Made by a program: the position numbers and the translations under genes. Shown piece by piece: positions 62,757 through 64,000 of a DNA stretch of 64,000 bases; position 1 is the stretch's first letter; every line of letters starts with the position of its first letter. A model generated the notes under the pieces. The model had not been told where the DNA came from. It saw only the letters and a program-made list of their open reading frames with translations, and did no database searches. This DNA comes from Eledone cirrhosa (Eukaryota), in NCBI GenBank assembly GCA_964016885.1, contig OZ024740.1:220410001-220474000 (forward strand), given 5' to 3'.

Positions 62757-63218
62757 CAGTCGTTCCCAAACTTATTTCGTTGAGGAACCCTTATACGATT
62801 TTCAAAAAGAATAGCGAAAACCATAACTATATTTTACAGGCAATCTCCATTATACTAATTATAATACATAAAATTAAACAAGATTTGTTTCAGCGAACGA
62901 ATTTATTCATTTGAAAAATAAAATTGGGTATCACTGACAATAGATCTCAAATGAAGAAAATGAAATATTTCGCCCGATTCATCGGATTGTTTGCGTATAT
63001 ACAAAGCTATGAATAGGGTTCGTTAAAATTACCTCTTCATCTCGTATGTCTATATGCGAAATGAATCCGGTGAATCTAACGAAATATTTTCATTTTGTTT
63101 TTTTTTCTTCGAGATCTATTGTCTATGATACTCTAAATTTGTACTAAATGTTATTGAAAAGGTAACTTATCTCGCGGAACACCCGAATTCTTCAGCAGAA
63201 TCCACTTTAGGAAACATT
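62757..63218. mobile_element. Degenerate hAT-like MITE with a nested inverted repeat (~62930-63130)
   Basis: cagtcgttcccaaact / actttaggaaacatta ends; 62930-62988 is the approximate reverse complement of 63064-63130. Confidence 0.55.
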
Positions 63219-64000
63219 AATCTACACTGACATTCAAGGACTCCAAAAAATAATTTTAAAAATTTAAGAGGGATTTAAAGCACCTTATTGTTAGAAAAAT
63301 GTGACAGGCGAATCAAAAGACAATTCATCAGTGTGACTGTATTAATACAAACAAAATTAGTGTTACTTCTTAATAATGGGCCAACATGCACCTAACTGTG
63401 AACTCTCATGACACGCATTTTGGGTCCACTTCAAAAGAATTGCTTCAAATATGGCGATCAATAGTTTTGGGGTTTTTTTAGGGGTGTATTTTTATTTTTA
63501 AAATAAATGAATTAAAAGCAATGAGAAATGGCCAGCAAATGTGTAGTGTTGTGAACTCAAAATTGATTAAGAATAAATTGATTAGATTTATAAGCCTAGA
63601 TAGAGAAATCTTTGAGAAATAAATACATAGCCACAGGGAATCGGAAGGAAGATGTAAGGAAGTAAATAAATTAAAACAACAAACACTTATTGATTCCTGA
63701 GTGAGCTATAAATATTTGGATCATATATATATTTCAGTAAAACGAGGCTAAATAACAATAATTATCTGAAAGCAGTAGATCTTTTGATATTAATTATTAA
63801 CTTTTTTTTTTCAAAACCTTTTCCTACAAGCTAAATAAATTAGTTGGACTTCTGTTAAGTTCACATGTGACTAGGTGGTTTATTAATTTATACACCAAGA
63901 GATTACTGTTTTTAAAAGAAATTTCGTTCTTTTTTCTGTCTCTCCATAGAAATTATTCAGCCATCTGTAATATTTTCGTTTGTCGGTTCCAAAATGAAAA

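Noticed and set aside
48821-64000. GLG1 first exon and promoter
   Set aside because: No signal-peptide or Cys-repeat exon with a suitable donor was found; probably right of the window

Overview
Eukaryotic, AT-rich, repeat-dense animal DNA. The SINE and LINE families look coleoid-cephalopod (Octopus-like), which is an inference. The window lies inside one minus-strand gene, GLG1 (Golgi glycoprotein 1, cysteine-rich FGF receptor/ESL-1). Thirteen internal coding exons (48820 down to 3498, 1883 nt) splice GT-AG into one open frame; the first exon and the 3' exons were not found in the window. The introns are full of transposable elements: a nearly intact Penelope-like (Naiad-like) retroelement with an inverted pseudo-LTR, a CR1 LINE, RTE LINEs, CRE fragments, a pogo element, piggyBac elements and MITEs, Helitrons, hAT MITEs, a DD37D maT fragment and many SINEs. 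The most unusual signal is a set of type I hammerhead ribozyme folds read by hand. Three have intact cores (2905-3025, 45069-45158, 46112-46197) and several are decayed. They share long stem II inserts and palindromic or near-palindromic stem III loops, and most lie in short stubs next to (TA)n tracts. Also notable: a four-level TE nest, piggyBac fragments carried inside a Helitron and a pogo, and a triplicated GLG1 splice acceptor. No database searches or folding programs were run.
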